Assembly: GCA_036568845.1 (NCBI GenBank) | Contig: DATCRS010000558.1 | Span: 1-53,468 of the forward strand | Source: Devosia sp. | GTDB taxonomy: Bacteria; Pseudomonadota; Alphaproteobacteria; Rhizobiales; Devosiaceae | Length of the DNA: 53,468 nucleotides | Reading direction: 5' to 3' | In this document: positions 1 to 11,321 of the stretch, piece after piece | Layout of the letters: every line of letters begins with the position of its first letter | Position numbering within the stretch: the stretch's first letter is position 1 | Position numbers and translations under genes: made by a program | Notes under the pieces: model-generated | What the model was told of the DNA's origin: nothing | Databases searched by the model: none | Seen by the model: the letters and a program-made list of their open reading frames with translations, nothing else

Positions 1-71
1 TGCGCAGAGATGACGACAGTGGCTGGGAGAGGACAGTGCCCTACCCCTCAGCACTCGATCACGGACCGCTC

Positions 72-105
72 AAAAAGCAAAACCCCGCTCCTTCTGGAAC
101 GGGGT
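72..105 (-). terminator. Intrinsic terminator downstream of ctrA
   Basis: Minus strand reads CCCCGTTCC-AGAA-GGAGCGGGG followed by TTTTGCTTTTT. Confidence 0.75.
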
Positions 106-151
106 CTCAGGTTCGCCGCAACTGCGAACGGAGAGCGGGGAGGCTCGGTGT

Positions 152-859
152 TCAGGCGACGCTTTCTGCGAACACTTCGCTCTCGTCGGGCTCGCGCAGC
201 ACATAGCCGCGGCCCCAAACGGTCTCGATGTAGTTCTTGCCGCCGGTCGCCACCGAAAGCTTCTTGCGAAGCTTGCAGATGAAGACGTCGATGATCTTGA
301 GTTCGGGCTCGTCCATCCCGCCATAGAGATGGTTGAGGAACATCTCCTTGGTGAGCGTCGTGCCCTTGCGGAGCGAGAGCAGCTCCAGCATCTGGTATTC
401 CTTGCCGGTGAGGTGCACCCGGGTCCCGGTGACTTCCACCGTCTTGGTGTCGAGGTTCACCGTCAGGTCACCGGTCTGAATGACCGACTGCGCATGGCCC
501 TTCGAGCGCCGGACGATGGCGTGGATGCGGGCCACCAGCTCGTCCTTGTGGAAGGGCTTGGTCATGTAGTCGTCGGCGCCAAAGCCGAGACCACGGACCT
601 TGTCCTCGATGCCGGCGAGGCCGGAGAGGATCAGGATGGGAGTCTGCACCTTGGCGACACGTAGGGTGCGGAGCACCTCGTAGCCGCTCATGTCGGGCAG
701 GTTCAGATCGAGGAGGATGATATCGTAATCGTAGAGTTTTCCGAGATCGACGCCCTCTTCACCGAGGTCCGTCGTGTACACGTTGAAACTCTCAGATTTG
801 AGCATCAGTTCGATGCTCTGCGCTGTCGCGCTATCGTCCTCAATCAAGAGTACACGCAT
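152..859 (-). CDS. ctrA: Cell-cycle master response regulator CtrA
   Basis: [36 protein letters not shown], phospho-acceptor ILLDLNLPD, winged-helix C-terminus ([24 protein letters not shown]); divergent from fliI. Confidence 0.98.
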   Translation of the reverse strand: MRVLLIEDDSATAQSIELMLKSESFNVYTTDLGEEGVDLGKLYDYDIILLDLNLPDMSGYEVLRTLRVAKVQTPILILSGLAGIEDKVRGLGFGADDYMTKPFHKDELVARIHAIVRRSKGHAQSVIQTGDLTVNLDTKTVEVTGTRVHLTGKEYQMLELLSLRKGTTLTKEMFLNHLYGGMDEPELKIIDVFICKLRKKLSVATGGKNYIETVWGRGYVLREPDESEVFAESVA

Positions 860-939
860 GCCATTCCCCTTAAACCGTTCCTAACTGGAACCGGCTGAAG
901 CGTTTTTTCCAGCCTCAACCCTAACCGAACCCTACTGGA

Positions 940-1214
940 TATGACTCAAACCTAAGCGCAATTAGTTAACAAAGTTTAATTCTGATCCGCAAGATGCAAC
1001 GCATCCTACCACAGAGATATCTTAAGTCATTGATCTGGCTCAAAAAATCGTGTCAATTTGTGTTAAGAAAATACATTAAGATCGGCTTATAACCGACTCT
1101 CGTGACTCAGGGATTTGTAAGCTTTTGTGGGGGTATGGGGCTCGGACGCGGCAGGGGGCTGCGGAGCACGATTAAGACCCTTGGTTAACGCATTCCGCTT
1201 AACGTTGGGTTACC
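940..1214. promoter_or_regulatory. ctrA/fliI divergent control region with multiple TTAA CtrA-type half-sites and three GANTC (CcrM) sites
   Basis: AT-rich; TTAA at 966, 976, 1063, 1076, 1172, 1185, 1199; TTAA-N7-TTAC at 1199-1213; GACTC at 943, 1095, 1104. Confidence 0.65.
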
Positions 1215-1247
1215 GTTGTCGGGTGCGATTCGACACGGAAGAGAGCG

Positions 1248-2585
1248 GTGAAAGCCCTTACAGCTGCCATTGACGCGATTGACGAGGTCGAGGTCTTCGG
1301 CCGAGTCAAGACCGTGCAGGGCCTGCTCATCGAGGTGGTCGGACCGGTGCGCGAGCTGCGCGTCGGCGGCCGCGTGCTGATCGAGACCACTGGCGGCGGC
1401 GAGCTCGCCTCCGAAATCATCGGCTTTCGCGACGGACACGCGCTCTGCCTCCCCTTCGGGCCTCTGACTGGCGTCCGGCTGGGCTGTCGTGCGGTGTTCC
1501 AGTCGACCGATGGCGCCGTCTATCCCTCGGACGCGTGGCTGGGGCGGGTGGTCAATGCCAATGGGGACGCCATTGACGGGCTTGGCCCCATCGCGCGTGG
1601 ATCGCAGGCCTATCCGCTGCGTCAGCAGCCGCTGCCGGCCCATGCGCGCGCCCGCGTCGGCGCACCCATCGACCTGGGCGTGCGCACGCTCAACACCTTC
1701 ACCACGATGTGCGACGGCCAGCGCATGGGCATCTTCGCCGGTTCGGGCGTCGGCAAGTCGGTGCTGATGTCGATGCTGGCCCGAAATGCCCAGGTCGACG
1801 TGGCCGTGATCGGCCTCATCGGCGAGCGCGGCCGCGAAGTGCAGGAGTTCATCACCGAGTATCTCGGTGAAGTCGGGCTGCGGCGCGCCATCGTCGTCGT
1901 CGCCACGTCTGACGAGGCTGCGCTGATGCGTCGCCAGGCTGCCTACCTCACGGTCGCCCTCTGCGAGTACTTCCGTGACCAGGGCCTCCGCGTGCTCTGC
2001 ATGATGGACAGCCTGACGCGTTTTGCCATGGCGCAGCGCGAGATCGGCCTTGCGATCGGCGAGCCGCCGACGGCCAAAGGTTATCCCCCGACAGTCTTCA
2101 CCGAACTCCCCAGATTGCTGGAAAGAGCGGGGCCCGGGCTCGTCAATTCGGGCTCCGTTACCGGTCTATTTACCGTTTTGGTCGAAGGTGATGATCACAA
2201 TGAGCCTATTGCGGACGCCGTGCGCGGCATTCTCGATGGGCACATCGTAATGGAGCGCTCTATTGCCGAGCGGGGTCGTTACCCTGCCGTCAACGTGCTC
2301 CGGTCCATTTCGCGGACCATGCCCGGGTGCGTACCGGTCTCGTTCAGACCCACCCTCAGCAAGGCTCGCGAGCTCATGTCCATCTATTCGGACATGGAGG
2401 AACTGATCCGGCTGGGGGCTTACCGGAAGGGATCGGATCCTCAGGTGGACCGCGCGATCGCCATCAACCCTGCGCTGGAGGCTTTCCTCACGCAGCAACG
2501 GGAGGAGGTGACCTCGATCGCCGACGGGTACCAGATGCTCGAGGCGATCGTGGAGAAGGCGGGCGCGGACCAGAAGGGTGGCTGA
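1248..2585 (+). CDS. fliI: Flagellar export ATPase FliI
   Basis: Walker [43 protein letters not shown]. Confidence 0.96.
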   Translation: MKALTAAIDAIDEVEVFGRVKTVQGLLIEVVGPVRELRVGGRVLIETTGGGELASEIIGFRDGHALCLPFGPLTGVRLGCRAVFQSTDGAVYPSDAWLGRVVNANGDAIDGLGPIARGSQAYPLRQQPLPAHARARVGAPIDLGVRTLNTFTTMCDGQRMGIFAGSGVGKSVLMSMLARNAQVDVAVIGLIGERGREVQEFITEYLGEVGLRRAIVVVATSDEAALMRRQAAYLTVALCEYFRDQGLRVLCMMDSLTRFAMAQREIGLAIGEPPTAKGYPPTVFTELPRLLERAGPGLVNSGSVTGLFTVLVEGDDHNEPIADAVRGILDGHIVMERSIAERGRYPAVNVLRSISRTMPGCVPVSFRPTLSKARELMSIYSDMEELIRLGAYRKGSDPQVDRAIAINPALEAFLTQQREEVTSIADGYQMLEAIVEKAGADQKGG

Positions 2586-2609
2586 CTTGGTATGTAAGGA
2601 GTGCAAGTC

Positions 2610-3023
2610 ATGAAGTCGCGGAGCGAGAGCCTCATCCGGCTCAAGAAGTTCCAGGTGGACGAGAAGCGCCGGCAGGTCACGCAGATCGAAATGATGATTG
2701 CGGACTTCGAGCGCATGGCGTCCGAGCTCGACCAGCAGATCGAAATCGAGCAGCAGAAGACCGGCATCTCCGATGTGGCGCACTTCGCCTATTCGACCTT
2801 TGCCAAGGCAGCGATCGCCCGTCGCGACAATCTCCTCGCCTCGGCGACCGACATGAAGGACAAGCTCGAGAGCGCACAGGATGCGCTCGCCGAAGCCGTC
2901 GAAGATTTGAAGAAGGTGGAGCTGCTCGACCAGCGCGAACACAGTCGCGAGCAGGCGGAGCAGGCCAAGGTCGAGCAGGCCGAGTTCGACGAGATCGCCC
3001 GCTACCGTCACATGCGCTCTTGA
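2610..3023 (+). CDS. fliJ: Flagellar export chaperone FliJ
   Basis: MKSRSESLIRLKKFQVDEKRRQV coiled-coil protein directly after fliI; ATG 2610 follows SD TAAGGA (GTG 2601 is too close to the SD). Confidence 0.9.
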   Translation: MKSRSESLIRLKKFQVDEKRRQVTQIEMMIADFERMASELDQQIEIEQQKTGISDVAHFAYSTFAKAAIARRDNLLASATDMKDKLESAQDALAEAVEDLKKVELLDQREHSREQAEQAKVEQAEFDEIARYRHMRS

Positions 3024-3052
3024 AGTAGCGCTTCAACTCCTTGCTCCAAATG

Positions 3053-3080
3053 AAAAAGGCCCGCCAAGCGGCGGGCCTTT
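3053..3080. terminator. Bidirectional intrinsic terminator
   Basis: AAAAAGGCCCGCC-AAGC-GGCGGGCCTTT between convergent fliJ and PRC-barrel genes. Confidence 0.85.
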
Positions 3081-3101
3081 CGTACCTGATGACGCGCAAC
3101 C

Positions 3102-4109
3102 TTACGATTGCGTATTGGCGCCGACCACGATGCGCTGGGTATCGCGCTCGGCGGTATAGGTGTCCTTGTTGAAGGCGGGCGCCGCGTCCATCTGCTCGCG
3201 GGTAATGGGCAACACCAGCGAGCGGTTGTTGTTGGGGTCGGCGAGGAAGTCGAGATTCTCGAAGGCCACCGCCACCGGCTTGGTGCCGATGCCGAGGAAG
3301 CCGCCGAAATCAATGATGATCGCGTCGACCGATCCATCCTCGTTCAGCGCCAGGTCGCCGATCGTGCCGATATGCTCATCATTGGTGCCATAGACGTTCG
3401 TTCCGATCAGCTCTTCGGCGGTGAGCTGCGTCTCATCGAACTCGGTCAGTCCCTCGCGGTTCAGCCGGTCCATGGTCGTGGCACCGGCGGCCGGCGCCAT
3501 GGCGTTGTCGGTCGAGCCAACCGCGCCGGTGGCCGTTTGGTCGGTCTGGTCAGCCGGAGCGGGTGTGGCAGCCGCGGTGTCCGTAGCCGGAGCGTTGGGA
3601 TCGGCCGCTGGAGCCGGCGCAGTCGTCGCGGCGGTGTCGGTGGCAGGCGCGTTCGGATCGGCCGGGGCAGTCGTCGTTGCCGCAGCCGTATCAGTCGGCT
3701 GATCATCCTGCCATTCGAACGCCGGCGCCTCGTTCAGCGCTTCCTTGGTGGTCTCGAGGACGTAGCGCTCGGTGTTGTCGTCGGCGGTGACGAACTGCAA
3801 CTGGTCCATCGGCACAGCGACGTTCTTCTCGCCGATGCCGAGGAAGCCGCCGACGCCGATGACGACGGCCTGGATGGAGCCGTCTTCGGCTACCACGAGA
3901 TTGTTGATGTCGCCGATATGTTCGGCATCAGCGGCCTTTGAGGAATAGACCTGCTTGCCGATGATTTCCGTCGCAAGGTTGTCGCTGTCGGTTACGGTGT
4001 AGCTCAACGTGCCCGGGGCAGGCGTTGCGGTGGTGGCGGCGTTCTGCGCGACCGCGCCGCCGGTCAGCAGCAGGGCCAGCGCCGTTGTAGTCAGCAATGT
4101 CCGGATCAT
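3102..4109 (-). CDS. Secreted protein with two PRC-barrel domains and an Ala/Thr/Pro-rich linker
   Basis: Signal peptide MIRTLLTTTALALLLTGGAVA; two copies of the IG..VY....EHIG.I.......DG......I..GGFLGIG.K.VAV motif; SD GGAG before ATG 4109. Confidence 0.88.
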   Translation of the reverse strand: MIRTLLTTTALALLLTGGAVAQNAATTATPAPGTLSYTVTDSDNLATEIIGKQVYSSKAADAEHIGDINNLVVAEDGSIQAVVIGVGGFLGIGEKNVAVPMDQLQFVTADDNTERYVLETTKEALNEAPAFEWQDDQPTDTAAATTTAPADPNAPATDTAATTAPAPAADPNAPATDTAAATPAPADQTDQTATGAVGSTDNAMAPAAGATTMDRLNREGLTEFDETQLTAEELIGTNVYGTNDEHIGTIGDLALNEDGSVDAIIIDFGGFLGIGTKPVAVAFENLDFLADPNNNRSLVLPITREQMDAAPAFNKDTYTAERDTQRIVVGANTQS

Positions 4110-4196
4110 GGTAGTCTCCACAGGTTCTTCCGAAGGATGAACAGCCGTGTGGCGCGATGCTTACCGGGCAGCGCCGCACGGCCTCTATGCCTCGTT

Positions 4197-4221
4197 AACG
4201 CCGCATTTGGGCGTCTGTTCC
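4197..4221 (-). promoter_or_regulatory. EcfG (sigmaT/RpoE2, general stress response) promoter of the PRC-barrel gene
   Basis: Minus strand GGAAC-N16-CGTT, exact match to the EcfG consensus. Confidence 0.8.
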
Positions 4222-4244
4222 CCAGCAAGACCAATGTCGGAATC

Positions 4245-4277
4245 AAAAAGGCCGGCCCTGTTCGGGTCCGGCCTTTT
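4245..4277. terminator. Intrinsic terminator hairpin, T-tract on both strands
   Basis: AAAAAGGCCGG..CCC-TGTTC-GGG..CCGGCCTTTT. Confidence 0.75.
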
Positions 4278-4404
4278 CCGCCTCCCAGCGGTTTATTGGG
4301 CAGCCTGACTGATGCGAAAGGGCCGCCTGATGAAACGACCATAGCGGAGTTTTGGGGGCGTACCAGCGCCGGCCGGGTTAACCGGTAAACGGCGCGTGAA
4401 TTGG

Positions 4405-5523
4405 TTAAGCCGCTGGCCGGTTGATGGGGATGGGGGCGCCTGGGCCCGGCACGGTCCATTGCACCGAGCCGGCACTGCGCACCAGCCGATGAATGAAGCC
4501 GAGCTTTTCGATCACCACCGGCGTGAGGACGAAGGGATAGGCGTCGTGCTGGCCGACGGCGCGGTTGAGGTTGTTGATGAGCGAGGCCAGGGGGACCCAG
4601 TTCTCGATGAGTTCGTGAATGCCCTCGATGCGATAGGGATCGAAGTCGATCTTCGCGGTCAACTCCCCCTTGGCATCGAGCGCCGGCCGCATGCGGACAC
4701 CAAAGGCCGAGGCCATCTCGGTGGTGTCGACGAGGTGCAGGTAGTGCGCCCAGCTCTCGGCAAAATCCTCCCAGGGATGGCAGGTCGCGTAGCCCGAAAT
4801 GTATCGCGCCTGCCAATCGAGCGGCGCGCCGGTGGCATAGTAGCGCTGTAGGCACTCTTCATAGGGCTGTCTCTCATCGCCGAAGAGCTCCCGAAACTCT
4901 GGAATAGCAGAGCCGTTCTCCACGAGAATATCCCAATAGTGGTGGCCGACCTCGTGACGGAAGTGCCCCAGCAGCGTGCGATAGGGCTCGTTGAACTGGG
5001 TGCGCCGATATTCCCGCTGCGCGTCGTCGGCCTCGGCAAGCGGGATGGTGATGACGCCGCCGAGATGGCCGGTCATCACCGGTGCCGGTGAAAGGGCCTC
5101 GTTGAGGAAGCGGAAGCTCAACCCATGGACGCTGTCCTGCGACCGCGTCGCGAGCGGCAGCCTGAGGCGCAGCAGCGAGTAGATCAGGCGCTTCTTGGCC
5201 CGCTCGATCACCTGCCAGCGGATGAGGCTCTGCGCGTCCTCCATCGGCGGAATGATCTCGTTGTGCCGGCAGGCGCGGCAGTAGCGATCGCCGCTCGCCG
5301 CATCCACCAGCCAGTTGCAGGCGCCGAACTCGGCATTGGCGCAGAAGGCGAACCTGACGCCAGGCAGATGCGGCGCGTGCCACGTGCCGTTGTGATCATC
5401 CGCCTCGAGCGACACCAGCGCGTTGCTCTCGGGCTCGTAGCCCAGCCGATGGCCGCAATGCTCGCAGACGACGTTCTCGAAATAGAGCGCGTGTCCGCAG
5501 TGGTCACATCGGAAGAGTTTCAT
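4405..5523 (-). CDS. Zinc-ribbon plus putative zinc metallopeptidase (DUF2248/Peptidase_Mx-like)
   Basis: N-terminal CxxC pairs (CDHC, CEHC, CRAC); HFRHEVGHHYW zincin motif; YATCHPWEDFAESWAHYLH; ATG 5523 preferred. Confidence 0.85.
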   Translation of the reverse strand: MKLFRCDHCGHALYFENVVCEHCGHRLGYEPESNALVSLEADDHNGTWHAPHLPGVRFAFCANAEFGACNWLVDAASGDRYCRACRHNEIIPPMEDAQSLIRWQVIERAKKRLIYSLLRLRLPLATRSQDSVHGLSFRFLNEALSPAPVMTGHLGGVITIPLAEADDAQREYRRTQFNEPYRTLLGHFRHEVGHHYWDILVENGSAIPEFRELFGDERQPYEECLQRYYATGAPLDWQARYISGYATCHPWEDFAESWAHYLHLVDTTEMASAFGVRMRPALDAKGELTAKIDFDPYRIEGIHELIENWVPLASLINNLNRAVGQHDAYPFVLTPVVIEKLGFIHRLVRSAGSVQWTVPGPGAPIPINRPAA

Positions 5524-5551
5524 CGCGGGTCCACAATGACGCTCGCGGCAC

Positions 5552-5576
5552 AATGCGCGAGCTGGCCGCGCGTTCC
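5552..5576 (-). promoter_or_regulatory. Probable EcfG promoter of the metallopeptidase gene
   Basis: Minus strand GGAAC-N16-CATT, about 30 nt upstream of ATG 5523. Confidence 0.65.
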
Positions 5577-5582
5577 CGCATG

Positions 5583-7724
5583 CTAGATCGCGCCGATCGT
5601 CTTCAGCCGCACGCGGGGGTGAACTTCGTTCTGGCTCATCACCACCGTCTGTGGGCGGAACCGCTCGATGATGGCCCGCACATGCGGCCGGATCGAAGGC
5701 GAAGTGATGAGCACCGGCAACTCGCCGATCTGGGCGGCATTCTCAAAGCCCTGCTGTACGCCGACGATGAACTGCTGCAGCCGCGAGGGTGCCATGGCGA
5801 GATGCCGCTCCGGGCCGTCGCCGACCATGGCTTCGGCAAAATCGCGCTCCCATTGCGGCGAGAGGGTGAGCAGCGGCAGGTTGCCGTCCGGCCCGAGATT
5901 GGCGGCGCAGAGCTGGCGCGAGAGACGCGAGCGGACGTGCTCGGCGATCATCTGCGGCGTACGGCCGGGGCCGGCGACCTCGGCGATCCCTTCCAGAATG
6001 GTCGGCAGGTCGCGGATCGAGATGCGCTCGGCCAGCAGCGTCTGCAGCACGCGCTGGATGCCCGAGACGGTGATCTGGCTGGGCACGATGTCCTCGAGCA
6101 GTTTCTGCTGGTCCTTGCTCAGCCCGTTCAGCAGCGACTGCACATTGGCATAGGAGAGAAGGTCCGCGACATTGGCCTTCAGCACTTCGGTGAGGTGGGT
6201 GGAGATCACCGTCGAAGGGTCGATGATCGAGTAGCCGCGGATCTCGGCTTCGTCGCGCAATGCAGGGTCGATCCAGGTCGCCGGCAGGCCGAAGGTCGGC
6301 TCCGTGGTGTGGTGTCCGGGCAGGTTGATGTCCCGGCCCATAGGGTCCATCACCATCAGCTGGTTGGCATAGATCTGGCCATGGCCAGCTTCCACTTCCT
6401 TGATCTTGACCTTGTAGTCGTTGGGCTCGAGCTGCATGTTATCGAGGATGCGGACCGGCGGCATGATGAAGCCGAGCTCGGTGGCAAGCTGACGCCGCAG
6501 CGCCTTGATCTGCTCGGTCAGCCGGTCGGTGCCGCTGTCGTCTTCCTTCACCAGTGACAGCAGTCCGTAGCCCAGCTCCAGTTTCAGCTCGTCGATCTTG
6601 AGGCTGTCGGAGATCGGCGCCTCGTCCATCGGTGCACCAGGGGCACCCGGTGCGGTCTGCGCCTGCTTCACAGCGTCCATTACCGCCTGCTGGTCCTTGG
6701 CGGCCTTCTTCCGGCTCGACTTGAACGCGAGCCAGCCGACGCCACCTGCGAGCGTAAGGAAGGGGATGATCGGCATGCCCGGCAACAGAGCCAGCGCGGC
6801 AATCACGGCCGAAGACATGCCCAGGGCCTTCGGATAACCCGTGAACTGGGCGACCAGCGCCTTGTCGGCCGAACCAAGGACGCCGGCTTTTGAAACGAGG
6901 ATACCCGCGGCGGTCGAAACGATCAGCGCTGGGATTTGGCTCACGAGGCCGTCGCCGATCGTGAGCAGCGTGTAGTTCGCGCCGGCTTCCTGGAACGACA
7001 GCCCCTCCTGCATCATGCCGATGATCATGCCGGCTATGACGTTGATGAAGGTGATGAGCAGGCCGGCGATGGCGTCGCCGCGCACGAACTTGGACGCACC
7101 GTCCATGTTGCCGAAGAAGGCACTCTCGGCTTCGAGGTTCTCGCGGCGTTTCTTGGCCGTGGCTTCGTCGATGAGGCCGGCGGAAAGATCCGCGTCGATC
7201 GCCATCTGCTTGCCGGGCATCGCGTCGAGGTTGAAGCGCGCCGCGACTTCGGCGATGCGGCCCGAGCCCTTGGTGATGACGATGAAGTTGACGATGATCA
7301 GGATGGCGAAGACGACGACGCCGATAATGAAGTTGCCGCGCGTCACGAAGAGCCCGAACGCCTCGATCACGTGACCGGCCGCGTCGGTGCCGTTGTGACC
7401 TTCAGAAAGGATCAGGCGGGTCGTCGCCAGGTTGAGCGCCAATCGCAGCATGGCCGCGATCAGCAGCACCGTCGGGAAGGACGAGAACTCCAGCGGCGCC
7501 TGGATGAAGAGCGCCGTCATCAGGATCAGCACCGAGAAGACGATCGAGATCGCCAGCAGCATGTCGAGCAGCAGCGGTGGCAGCGGCACGATGAGGATGA
7601 CGATGATCGCCATCACGCCGAGGGCGAGGCCGATGTCGGTCGACCTCAGCGTGCGGCTGATCTGCCCCAAGCCGGGGAACTTGAAACCGGATGGCGATTG
7701 CCCAGGGGCGGAGAGGTCAGCCAT
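5583..7724 (-). CDS. flhA: Flagellar export gate protein FlhA
   Basis: FHIPEP signature RIAEVAARFNLDAMPGKQMAIDADL; FFGNMDGASKFVRGDA. Confidence 0.97.
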   Translation of the reverse strand: MADLSAPGQSPSGFKFPGLGQISRTLRSTDIGLALGVMAIIVILIVPLPPLLLDMLLAISIVFSVLILMTALFIQAPLEFSSFPTVLLIAAMLRLALNLATTRLILSEGHNGTDAAGHVIEAFGLFVTRGNFIIGVVVFAILIIVNFIVITKGSGRIAEVAARFNLDAMPGKQMAIDADLSAGLIDEATAKKRRENLEAESAFFGNMDGASKFVRGDAIAGLLITFINVIAGMIIGMMQEGLSFQEAGANYTLLTIGDGLVSQIPALIVSTAAGILVSKAGVLGSADKALVAQFTGYPKALGMSSAVIAALALLPGMPIIPFLTLAGGVGWLAFKSSRKKAAKDQQAVMDAVKQAQTAPGAPGAPMDEAPISDSLKIDELKLELGYGLLSLVKEDDSGTDRLTEQIKALRRQLATELGFIMPPVRILDNMQLEPNDYKVKIKEVEAGHGQIYANQLMVMDPMGRDINLPGHHTTEPTFGLPATWIDPALRDEAEIRGYSIIDPSTVISTHLTEVLKANVADLLSYANVQSLLNGLSKDQQKLLEDIVPSQITVSGIQRVLQTLLAERISIRDLPTILEGIAEVAGPGRTPQMIAEHVRSRLSRQLCAANLGPDGNLPLLTLSPQWERDFAEAMVGDGPERHLAMAPSRLQQFIVGVQQGFENAAQIGELPVLITSPSIRPHVRAIIERFRPQTVVMSQNEVHPRVRLKTIGAI

Positions 7725-7745
7725 AGATGCGCCTGACGGTCACTG

Positions 7746-7857
7746 ATGAACCCCCTCCCTCGTTCCCTCCCCTCAAGGGGGAGGGAGGCGCCGACTGAGA
7801 GCCCCGATGTATCGCACCCCTCCCCCTTGAGGGGAGGGGGTGGGGGAGGGGGTTCAT
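7746..7857. repeat. 112-bp intergenic inverted-repeat element (CIR/REP-like)
   Basis: About 40-bp arms ATGAACCCCCTCCC..CCCTCCCC-TCAA-GGGGGAGGG and its reverse complement around a ~30-bp spacer; each arm is itself a hairpin. Confidence 0.85.
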
Positions 7858-7874
7858 GAGTTGGTCCAATTGTT

Positions 7875-9245
<1,371 letters not shown>

Positions 9246-9254
9246 TGGAGTCTC

Positions 9255-9575
9255 CTACGCTGCCTTGATGATTTCAGTCATGGTGACGCCGAGACGGCTC
9301 TCGACGAGGACGATCTCGCCGCGGGCAACGAGGCGGTCGTTGACGTAGATTTCGACGGCCTCGCCGACCTGTCGGTCGAGCTCGACCACCGTGCCGACGT
9401 CCATCTTGAGGAGTTGCGCGACCGGCACCTTGGTTCGGCCCAGCACCACCGAGATGCGGACGGGGACATCGAACACGGCCTCGAGATCCGCGGCGCTCTT
9501 CTCGCCCGGGGCGCCCCCGCTGTCGCGGACCTGCGCCGCCATTTCCTCAAAGGTCACGCCCTCGCCGGTGCTCAT
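9255..9575 (-). CDS. fliN: Flagellar motor switch protein FliN
   Basis: DLEAVFDVPV..VLG..VELDRQVGEAVEIYVNDRLVARGEIV SpoA domain. Confidence 0.95.
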   Translation of the reverse strand: MSTGEGVTFEEMAAQVRDSGGAPGEKSAADLEAVFDVPVRISVVLGRTKVPVAQLLKMDVGTVVELDRQVGEAVEIYVNDRLVARGEIVLVESRLGVTMTEIIKAA

Positions 9576-10228
9576 TGCTCAGTCTCCTCGGGACGCTCGG
9601 CGTCCGCAATGATCCCGCGGGCCGCGAGGAAGCTCGCGATGCGGGCATCGATCTGATTGGATATCGCGGCCATGTCGCGCACGAGGCCGCCATCGACCCA
9701 TTCGAGACGGGCGTCGCCCAATGCGACGTCGTGGTCGCCCAACACCACCAGGCGGCCATTGAAGCCAGAAGTGGTCATGCGCACCTGCGCGATCTCCCGG
9801 ACCTGGTCCGCAAGCTCGGGGTGGCAGCGAATGACCAGGTGGGGCACGCCCTCCAGCGAAGCCATGCACTCGGCGATCAGCGCTTCAATTTCGGCTGTAG
9901 GCTGATGCGCCAGCAGCGTGTTGGCGAGCTTGCGGGCGATGCTCGACGCCAGTCCCACTGCGTCGTTGAGGGTTTCGCGACGCGTGTCGTCGAGGCTTGC
10001 CGCCATGGCAGCGACGTGCTCGGCCAGATTGTTGGCAGCGGCACCGAGCTGCTTGGCGGCCTTGGCTGAAACGCTCTGCTCGCCCGCGGCGAAGCCCTCC
10101 GCATAACCCGCCGTGCGCGCGTCGGCGACCATGGTCGCGACGGCGCTCTCGTTGACCGTGGCGCCGTGCCCCTGGGGGTGGCCGAGGTCGAGATCGAAGC
10201 GGAACTTGGCAGGAGAAGCGAGGGACAT
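9572..10228 (-). CDS. fliH: Flagellar assembly protein FliH (FlbE-like)
   Basis: PAKFRFDLD N-terminus, GYAEG repeat, C-terminal GDARLEWVDGGLVRD; lies between fliG and fliN. Confidence 0.88.
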   Translation of the reverse strand: MSLASPAKFRFDLDLGHPQGHGATVNESAVATMVADARTAGYAEGFAAGEQSVSAKAAKQLGAAANNLAEHVAAMAASLDDTRRETLNDAVGLASSIARKLANTLLAHQPTAEIEALIAECMASLEGVPHLVIRCHPELADQVREIAQVRMTTSGFNGRLVVLGDHDVALGDARLEWVDGGLVRDMAAISNQIDARIASFLAARGIIADAERPEETEQ

Positions 10229-10229
10229 C

Positions 10230-11312
10230 TTACGCGATCATCTCCTCGTTCGCCTTGGTTTTCTGGATGATGATCTCGCCCCTTGCGGCAAGATCCTTGG
10301 CGGTCGCCACCATCCGGCTCTGAGCCTCGTCCACGTCCTTGAGACGCACCGGGCCCATGGCTTCCATGTCTTCCTTCATCATCTTGCCGGCGCGGGCCGA
10401 CATGTTGGAGAAGAAGCTTTCCTTGACCTGATCGTTGGCGCCCTTGAGCGCCAGCGCCACCTCGCGCTTCTCCATCCGGTTGAGCAGGGTCTGGATCGCG
10501 CTCTGCTCGAGCTTGGCGAGGTCCTCGAAGGTGAACATCAGCGCCTTGATGCGCTCGGCGCCCTCGCGGTTCGTCTCCTCGAGCGAGGTGATGAAACGGG
10601 CTTCGGTCTGGCGGTCGAAGGAGTTGAAGATTTCGGCCATCTGCTCATGGCTGTCGCGCCGCTTGGTGTGGCTGAGCGTGGACATGAACTCGGTACGCAA
10701 AGTCGTCTCGATCTTCTCGATGATTTCCTTCTGCACCGGCTCGAGCGCCAGCATGCGCTGCACGACGTCCATGGCGAGCTCCTCGGGCAGGGAGGCCAGC
10801 ACCTTGCTCGCGTGCTCGGTGTCGATCTTGGAGAGAACGACGGCGATGGTCTGGGGGTACTCGTTCTTGAGGTAGCTCGCCAGTACGTCTTCCTGCACGT
10901 TGGAGAGCTTTTCCCACATGTTGCGGCCGGCGGGTCCGCGGATTTCCTCCATGATCGCATCGACGCGATCGGGTGGCAGGAACGAGAGCAGGAGCCGCTG
11001 CGTGGTGTCGGAGTTGCCGGCGATGGTGCCGTTGGCGGAGATGGAAACCACGAACTCGCCGAGCAGGTCGTCGAGCATGTTCTGGGTGATCGGGCCGAGC
11101 CGCACCATGGCGCGGGAGAGGAGGCGGATCTCCATCTCGTCGAGCTCCTGCAGGATCGGACGGCCGAAGTCCGGACCCAGCGCCAGGAGCAGCACGGCGG
11201 CCTTCTCGTCGCCGGTCAGCGCGCGAGACTGTGCATCGCCACCGACCACGAGCCGGTTGCTCTGCATCGCCGCTGGCGGAAGGCTGTTGATGTCTGCGGG
11301 TAGGGGTGCCAT
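10230..11312 (-). CDS. fliG: Flagellar motor switch protein FliG
   Basis: [47 protein letters not shown]. Confidence 0.97.
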   Translation of the reverse strand: MAPLPADINSLPPAAMQSNRLVVGGDAQSRALTGDEKAAVLLLALGPDFGRPILQELDEMEIRLLSRAMVRLGPITQNMLDDLLGEFVVSISANGTIAGNSDTTQRLLLSFLPPDRVDAIMEEIRGPAGRNMWEKLSNVQEDVLASYLKNEYPQTIAVVLSKIDTEHASKVLASLPEELAMDVVQRMLALEPVQKEIIEKIETTLRTEFMSTLSHTKRRDSHEQMAEIFNSFDRQTEARFITSLEETNREGAERIKALMFTFEDLAKLEQSAIQTLLNRMEKREVALALKGANDQVKESFFSNMSARAGKMMKEDMEAMGPVRLKDVDEAQSRMVATAKDLAARGEIIIQKTKANEEMIA

Positions 11313-11321
11313 CGGACTGTT

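Noticed and set aside
3570-3700. Duplicated ADPNAPATDTAA peptide in the PRC-barrel protein
   Set aside because: An ordinary low-complexity linker duplication with diverged codons, not a DNA repeat element.
4305-4340. CTGATG..GAAA words resembling a hammerhead ribozyme core
   Set aside because: There is no stem II between CTGATGA and GAAA, and the required three-stem junction cannot be built.
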